Positions 18,301 through 27,300 of a DNA stretch of 30,294 bases are shown here, piece by piece; the first letter of the stretch is position 1; the number at the start of each line of letters is the position of its first letter. The position numbers and the translations under genes were made by a program. The notes under the pieces are model-generated. The model was not told where the DNA came from. It ran no database searches and was given only the letters and a program-made list of their open reading frames with translations. This DNA is from a virus (Duplodnaviria > Caudoviricetes): positions 1 to 30,294 of IMG/VR virus record IMGVR_UViG_3300032290_000368; one strand, written 5' to 3'.

Positions 18301-21300
18301 CAGCAAAGGGAGCCGCATCAGCAGCACCAGCCATTGGCGCTGTAGGGGCGTCTGGAATTGGAAGTGGCATTGCAGAAGCCGCAGCATCTCTGGCCGGAGA
18401 AGATGACGAAGAACAACAAGCACAGCCGCCATCGGATTTGCAAACATCTGCATTGCAAACCATTACGGATCCTAGATTGGCGGCAATTGCTCAGATGATG
18501 ATGGCGCAGATTGCGCCTCCGTCTCGTGGCATAAGCGGTGGTCCGCGCGCGCAGCAGCGTGAGCGTCAACTTCGGCAGGCCGAACAGCAAGCGCCGGAAG
18601 TTGTGGCTGATGAACCGCCAAGCAAGATTGATCTTCCTCTGCTTGCATCAATCCCAAAGCCAACGCAGGTCGATTTGCGTCAACGAACACTGCGCAATGA
18701 GGCACAGGCTGCGCGTGTAATTGAAGGCATGGATTCAACTGAAGAGTTGGATATCGGTTCTATAAGTCGCGCGCAACGCGCACGACGATACGAATCTCCT
18801 TCTGAAGAATCGTTGTTTTCGGTGCGAGACCGTCCCGGAAGGCAACAGGCAAACCAAAGTGTTCGTGATCTTCGTAATCGCTACATGCAAGATCGCGGCA
18901 TCACGCCGGAAATCGATATCACCGACACATACGCTGAGGTAGACGAAAACTTTGCCAAGCGTGTTGCAGATTGGTATGACTCTGCTGAGGTTGATTACGC
19001 AGATCCAGAGATGCTGCGCGCATATGAAGCATTTGGGAAAGAAACGCTCGACCAGTACAAGTATCTGCGCGATGCTGGAGTGCAGATGATTCCTTGGGCT
19101 GGGACAGAAAGCGTTCAGCCATATGCGAACAGTGCGCAAATGACGCGAGATTTGCGAGAGAACAATCGACTGTTCTACTTCAAAACAGTTAACCCAGAAG
19201 AGGCCGCGTCATTTGGTAGCAATCCTGAGAAGTTTGCAGAGCAATTGGCGCGCAATCCATTGCTTGCTGACTCTGGAATCACCGTTCTCGACAGCGAAGG
19301 CCAGCCGTACCGACAAACTTACAACGATCTATTCCGCGCTGTGCATGATGTGTTTGGACACGCAGCGGAAGGATTCCAGTTTGGACCTCGTGGAGAAGAG
19401 AACGCTTACCGAAGCCACGCAGTGATGTTCTCGCCATTGGCTCGTGGAGCAATGGCAACTGAAACGCGAAGCCAAAATTCTTGGGTTAACTTTGGGCCAA
19501 ACCGTCGCAACCCTGATGGCACGGTGTGGGGTGAAGAGGATCCAAGGTTCCAGCCGTGGAAAGAGGCGTTGAATCGCGGCGAAGGCTACGCCGATCAGAA
19601 GCCCGTCCTCACGCCGCCGGAGTTCCTCGGCCTGTACGAAGCGCCGCAGCAGGCGCGCGCATCGCTCCGTCCGATCACTCGTGAGGAAATGACTCCTGCG
19701 ATGCGGGTGTGGAGCGATGGGTCGAAGATCGTGGACAAGAACGGCGCTTTGATCCCGGTGTACCACGGGACATCGAAGGACACGGACTTCAAGAAGTTCC
19801 GAATCGGAAAGCGCGGTGCTTGGTTCACAACCAATCCGCAGGAGGCATCGCAATATGCGATGGCGAACGACAGCATGGGTTGGAAGTCCGATCCTACGGA
19901 AACGGATCCGTGGGCATCAAGACAAACCAACACCGCATCACGAGTCATTCCCGCAGTACTGAACCTGAAGAACCCGGCAAACTACTACAGGAATGTCTCT
20001 ACGGAAGACAAAAAAGCGCTTGAGACATCGGAGAACTATGGCCGTGAGCAAGGCCGCGTATTCGATAAGTTGCGTCGTCAGGGATTCGATGGTGTTGACA
20101 TGGGCAACGGCGTGTATGTCGCCTTTGAACCAAATCAGATCAAGGGCTACTACAACGCTAACCCGACCGCCGACGAGCGCATCATGTACTCAGTTCGCGA
20201 TCAAAAGCCTGTCGTAACACCCGTTGAACTTCAATCGCTGTATTCAATGCGAGAGGGCTATCCATTCCGTGGAAAGAGACTTGCGCGTGGCAATCAAGCG
20301 ATGATCAATCGTTTGAACCAACAGGTATCTCGCGGAAAGATGAGCCAAGAAGATGCCTCATTCGGCATCGAACTCATTCAGCGTGTAAATCAGAATGTTC
20401 CTTTGGTGCTGCAACTTTTTGGACCAGCAGAAATGCGTCGAGAAGGTAGGCCCAAGGAAGTTGGTGCAATGTTCGACGCCGTAAACGAACGAATCATTGT
20501 TGGCACAAAGGCAATCAAAGACGGAGACTTTCAAGAGGCATTCACGCACGAGTTGTGGCATTCTCTGTCTAGGTTCTTGCCGCAAAGCCTTTTGAAGCCA
20601 ATCGCTCGTGACTACAAAAAGGCGTATCTTGCATTCCGCAAAGAGTACAACCTTGACCCGCATGATTTCAACAATGTCCGCATTGCTGATCGACAAACTG
20701 GAAAGACATATCGCGATATTTTTCTTGAGGAAACTGAGAAAAGGAATATCAGCGACCTTCTCTGGTATCGCTTAATTGACATTGATGAATGGCTTGTGGT
20801 CAATGCGGCAGAGGCAACACAGGACAGAATGTCTAGGGAAAAGGAAGCGCGGGATAAATCTGGACCTGCGCGTGTGTATGCGGCTGTTGCGTTGTTGATT
20901 CGCGACATGCTTAACTCTGTCAAGAGTGTCTTTGGTTATGGCGTGTACGAGAATCTTGCCAAGAACTTCCTTCGCGGCACAACGCTTGGCATGGCATCTG
21001 AACCCGATAAGGAATGGGATTCCGTCTCTGGGCAGTTGTACGACTTGTTGGCATCAGAAGAGGATGCGCAAGCAATTCGCAATGAACAACGAATCGCACA
21101 ACAACAAGAGATGGCGCAAGAGCCAGCGTTGTCGTCTAGGTATGAAAGTCTCTTTGACATTCGGAAGACGAAAGAAACGCAATCCGACAAAGCGCGCGCG
21201 AAGGTTCGCAAGACAAAGCAAAAACAACCAGAACTGACACCTGTTCAGCGTGTCGTTTCTAACGAAACTGCGATTGGATTTGCGCCATCAACGAGTATTG

Positions 21301-24300
21301 CGCTTGGTATCAGGTCTGATCGATCTGGCCGCCAGATTTCTCCTGAGTATGCGCAGCGACGAATCATTGACATCTTCACATCACCGAATGTGCAAAAGAA
21401 AATTTCTACATCTCTCCAATCACTTGGAGTTGGTGGTATCGAATCGATCGAAATTGCCAATGGCATTTGGCAAGGGACGCCAGAAATTTCTGCGCGCATC
21501 AAACTGCAAACGAAATCGTTTGATACCCAGCATCGTGTTGCAAACATTCTTGCAGCAGCAATGATGCAAGACGCTGTATTGTCTATCGGACTTCCAGACG
21601 AATCGAACAAGGCATTCCACAAGGCTGTTCTTGTCTTTAACTTGGCAGAAAAATCCAGTCAAGAGATTGCAGACTTCACCAAGGTATTGAACAATGGGTT
21701 CAAGGTTGGTACGGTGGTAAGCCGAACTAAAGTCGCGTATGTCGCTCGTCCAGACGGCATGAGCGAAGAAGACTTTTCTAAAATCGGTTCAAAGATCGCT
21801 AGCGAAAATTCTGTTGCAGTAGATATCTCTAACGCAGCAGTGCAATTTGGAGATACGGGAGTTTCCGATGAATCAAGACCAAAGGTCAGAAGCACAGCGA
21901 GTAGCAGATCTCATGGGTTTACCATTGCGGGGCAACGACTTTCTGATCAAGAGCGGAATTCTTGGCTCGACATTGCTAGCACATTCGCGCACGCCGCAGA
22001 AGTCGAAGGATATGAAATCGACTACAACAAGTGGCTCAGTGCCTTCGTCGCAGACCCAGATGAGCGAAGCGCCCTCCAGACAGAACTTGTCGAGCGAATC
22101 GTCGCCATCGATGGAGCCGCCGGAAACTACGGGTTAAGCAGTTGGTACCTGACGAAGTTCAAGGGTGATGTGAAGGGCTTGATTGTTGGCCCGAAAGCCT
22201 TGGTTGGACAAGACACCAAAGACAAGGCTGATGAGTTTGCAGTCATCGATAAGTTGATTGCAAAGCACCCTGATGCGTTCAAAACGCTTGACGGATACCA
22301 AAGATTCATGGTTGAGATGTTGCAATCTCGCACCATCCCGATCGCTCCAGAATCGCACTTCAAGCGTATTGCAGACAACCACGCTGGGGATAAACAGCGA
22401 TTCCGTTTGATCTCGCCAAGCGATAGGAGTGCTGGTCAATCTGGAATCACGCGGGGGCAACTCGACGATGCTATTCACGGCATGGAAAATGCCGAAGCAT
22501 TGCGCAAACTGTATTCGCAGGGAGTGATGAAGCCAAAGCACACGGTGCTGTTGTATCTGTGGGGCTTCCTGTCTCGTGGCGTATCACCGAATGTGCAAGA
22601 GAGTCTGCTTCTCGACATGGTGAATTTCAAGTACGAAGCGCCATCGATTGATGTCTATAAATACGATGTCGTCACCACAGAGAAAAAAGATGGTAAGGAA
22701 ACAAAGCGAGAGGAAAAGACAGAACTTAGGTTCAAGAAACCACAGACGCCTCTTGGTGCAATTAGGTTCAAGCGTTCAAAGAACCAAACCGTAAGTAAGA
22801 AATTGCAAACCACGGTGCAGACCATTGCGCTGTCGAAACCTCTGTCCTTAGATTTCTTCATCGACGCTGCTATTGAAGGGAAATGGTCTGACGAAACAGA
22901 CACGCTATGGAGCGCGTTTGTATCTCTGATGATGGATAAAAATGCATTCCCTGCATATGACATTGATGGTGAGCCGATTGTCGAGTTTGGCGAACCAACA
23001 CAGATCAATGGGTCATTCGGCGCAGGTGCCGTCCACAACGCGAATGCATTTGGAGACAACTTCCTTCGCAACATTGCCACCATCGAAACAATCAATGGTC
23101 AAACGAAGAGCGGACTTGCTCACATCCACGATGAGATGAGCAAGGACACCGCAACGGGCGATTCGCTTCGCCGCGTGTTCGCACAGATCCCGTCTGCTCT
23201 TGGCATCGACAACAAGGTTGTGTCGTTCAACGGCCTTGTGTCTGGGTTGTTTGGCATCGTTGCAGATCGCGTATTCATGCGTTTGGCCTACAACGCGAAC
23301 AACGAACTGCGCGGAAATATCTACGACGGCTTTACGCTGGGATGGAATGTTTTCATTAACGGAAAACTTTCTGAGTTCCGTTTCAACCCAGAATTGCCTC
23401 AAGACACTCCACCTGATTCGCAAGTAGCGCCATTCGATTCTCTTGATGAGATCGTAAAGGTCTTGGATGTTGCGCTCGGAACTAAACCTGCGCGAAATTT
23501 CAACGACACGACTTGGGATCGGAAATCCACAGTCGAATCTCTTTTGAAAGAGGCCGCAAAGAAAAAGATAACTGTTCCTAGTGTTCAGTTTGAAGCGGTC
23601 ACACATAAGGGGATCGGTAAATTGTGGGATGGCACGCGAGGCATTGCGATCTACAAGGCATTTGAGGAATCGATTGATCTGCAAGAAGCGTTCTCTGAAC
23701 TGATCAAACAAGAACCCAAGTTTGCTCCACATGCTCACATGGGCATGTATCACTGGCTCGGATGGGTCGAAGACAGCGGTCAAGAGGCCAGTCACCAAAC
23801 AGTCGAAGCCATCATGCGTATGGCTACCACTGGTAATGATCGAATCGATTCCGTGTATGCCAAGGCAGGCAAGTACAACTCATTCCAATATGGGTTTGAG
23901 TACGGGTATGAGGTTGTTGGAACATCAAAATCTGGAGAACAGATTCTTGAGCCGCGCTACAAGATCACACTGCCTGATGGCAAGACGCGGCAATTCTCTA
24001 CGAAGGATTTCAAGGCATTCCAACTTGCATTGAAAAAACCCGCGAATGGAGTTGTTCCGAAGAACTTTATGATCAGTGAACAGAAGGGGCCGTGGTTCAA
24101 CTCTCCGCAATTGTCGGAAACGAATAAAGCGAACCTCTATCGTCTAGCAGACGAGATGCAAACCCAATTCAGTGTTCGTGCGGGTTGGGATCAACGCCAG
24201 AGTCTGATGCGGAATATGCGGATCACCTCTGTTGATCCAGAACGCATGTCCCGCGTTGCGATGGAATTGCCGTTTGAAACAATTGGCGTTCCCTCTGAAC

Positions 24301-27300
24301 GACTTCCTGCATCGTTGGAGAAAATCAAACAGGCATTTGTTGATCGACCAGTACCTACTCCGGTGAGTCCAGAGTTCATCGAATGGAATCGCGGAAACAA
24401 GTTGGTTGGCATGGTGCCTAACAACATTTTCTGGCATGGGACTGGCGCTCAATTCAGCCGATATGACGAACGGCCCTACGAACTTGGGTGGCATGTTGGT
24501 TCGATCCAACAAATCACACCGTTCGTGTTACAGAATTGGGCAAACAAAAAATCTGCGTATGCCATGCCGCTGTATGTGACCGCGAAGAACCCATTACGGT
24601 TGCCTGACCGTGGTTCTTGGGACATGCGAACGATTGTTTCCAGCATGGTGAAAGAGGAAATACTCACGCAAGAAGACGCTGTGCAATTGATGCAACGAAT
24701 GACGAGAGATGTTGGAGGAGAACTTCAAGGCAGCACGCCTTTGAAATCGTTCTCAGGCCGTAGCGTCAGTCAGGTCTCAGCACTGCAACGCCAGTTCACT
24801 ACGGAATGGCTGAACAGCCTTGGGTATGACGCAATCGTCTACGACAATAAGTTTGAGGGTGCTGGACCAGATGGCACGAATGATTCCGTAGTCATCTGGA
24901 ATTACGGTCAGGTCAAGAGCCTGAGTGCAAAGCAATTCGATCCGACAGTCCCAGACGCATTGTTCTCCATGCGTACTGAGCGCGGGTCTATGTTCCATGA
25001 TGCGAATCCCTACGCGGTCGATGCTCAGTTCTCTATGCGCAGAGGATCGCTTGGCGCGAAAGACGAGTTCGTGCAACAGATTGTTGATCAGTACGACGAG
25101 GTGCTTCGTCTGCAACGCACGATTGAAACGAGAACAGGAACCGCGTTGCCAGATGCATCAAATCCATATCTAGGTATGCGAGTGCTGTCTGGTCGTCTTG
25201 GATCAATGCAGCAGGTGGCAGAACGCAGGTACGCCACAATCCTGCATGACATGGCGAGACACCGAATTACGCTCGACATGATGGACGATTTCTTGACGGC
25301 ACAACATGCCTTGAATGGCGGCAATCAATACATCGAAAACTTGACGGCTGGCCGCGTTCTTGATGGAACAGGCATGAGCAATAGTGATGCGAACGATGTC
25401 ATTCTTCGCGCACAAGCATCCGGCAGATACGCGCAGATGAATCGCATTGCAGAGGATTGGCGTGAAATGCTGCGAGATGCGTTGCGGCAGCGCCGCGACA
25501 GTGGGTTGATTACGCCACAACTGTACAACACACTCACCACGCGATACACGCACTATGTTCCGTTGCAGGGCATTGCTAATCGTCCCGAAGACGAGGTCTT
25601 TGAGCAGTTTGACGAGGCAATGCGTGGAACTGGGCAAGGCCAATCGACCACGGGCCGTGGCATTCGACGACGACTTGGCCGCCGCAGCCGTGCTATGGGC
25701 GTGACCTCTCAGGTGGGGTTCATGCACGAGGAGACATTCCGTCGTGTAGCACGCAACGACATCGGGAATCGCTTTGCGCGCTTCGTGACGGCTCTGAATG
25801 ATCCGAATGATGCGGAGATCGTTCGTCCGACAGCGCGGTATGTCGCTGCTGATGGGTCGTACCAGTATCGTCCTGATCCTAGTTGGATGCAGGATCCGCG
25901 CATGTTCGGTCTGTATGTCGATCGCAGAATGACGGTTGGGGGACACACATACCAGCAGGGAGATTTGATGGTCATCCGCCTGACCAATCCGCGCTTGGCT
26001 ACGGCTATGAAACAGCCGAAGACGGACATTGGGTTGGTTGGGCGGGGTCTTCGCCACCTCAATGATGCGTTCCGATTCTTCACGACTGGCATGGGTAATC
26101 CGCAATTCGCTCCAGTGAATGCCGGAAGAGACATTCTGACCTCATCCCTGATGAATTACACAAATCGTGGGGCAATTGACACCGTGCAAATGCTCGCAAG
26201 GTATCCATTCGCATTTGCGCGTGTATTCAAGGACTCGTGGAGGGGACGGCCAACGGGTACCTATGCAGCAATGCAACAGGCTGGTGGCGACATGATGGCG
26301 TGGCGTCCAAACGATTTGGAACTGAAGCGAATTGACTTTGATCGTTTGGCGGCAGACGCGCAGCGAAGAGATCCTAATTCAACGAGTGTCGCTCGTCGTC
26401 TGCTTGGGTGGTATCCCGCGTTCTTTTCCGCCGCTGAAACTGCGAGTCGTCTTGCGCAGTTTGAGCAGCGTGTTGCGACTGGATCCACGAAAGAGCAAGC
26501 AGCACTCGCTGCGCGAGAAATCACAGTCGATTTCGCGAAGGGCGGCGTGCAGAAGACACTGCTCAATACGCTCTACATGTTCTTGAACGCAGGCATTCAA
26601 GGCAATGCAAACATCATCAATTCCATGCGCCGCAATCCTCGACGGGGTGCCGTTGTTGCGTCAAGTCTCGTAGGCATCGGTGTGATCAACGCAGTGATGG
26701 CACGAATGATGGCGGGAGATGACGAGGAGTCTGGACTCAATCGTTGGGATATGATCCGCAACCACGAGAAGGCCAGCAATCTGTTCTTCTTCGATCCGCG
26801 AGGAACGGGGAAGCACATCAAGATTCCTCTGCCCTATGGCTTTAACGCGATGGTGACAACAGGGACGCGCATTGCAGATTCAGTGTTTGGACCAAAGACC
26901 GGATCTGAGGCCGCAGTAGATATCTTCACCGATTTCCTCAATGCCTTTAATCCAGTTGGTGGATCAGGAATTACATCGGGATCCGCCACGGCGTTCAATG
27001 CGTTCGTTCCAACGGCATTTCGGCCATTCGCGGAAATCGCAACGAACACTACATTCAGTGGCGCGCCTGTGTACCGTGACTCATTCGGTAAGGATGTCGT
27101 CGATTCGGCAACCTATTTCGATGGGACGCCGCAAGCGTATATTGCGTTGGCTGAAGGGTTGAACCAGTTCACTGGTGGTGATCAGTATGAATCTGGATCT
27201 GTGCTTGGATTCGATACAGACCTTAGTCCGAATGTCCTGCAATACCTTGTCGGCTACTACTTCAGCGGCACGGGTCGCCTCGTCAACCAGACGCTGAAAG

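Noticed and set aside
22959-22973. DIDGE as a virion RNA polymerase DxDGD motif in the giant protein
   Set aside because: The third Asp is Glu, there is no double-psi barrel context, and it lies within the HhH-like region.
25203-26105. 300-aa minus-strand ORF and other antisense ORFs within the giant gene
   Set aside because: These are shadows of the codon-biased + frame with unnatural composition.
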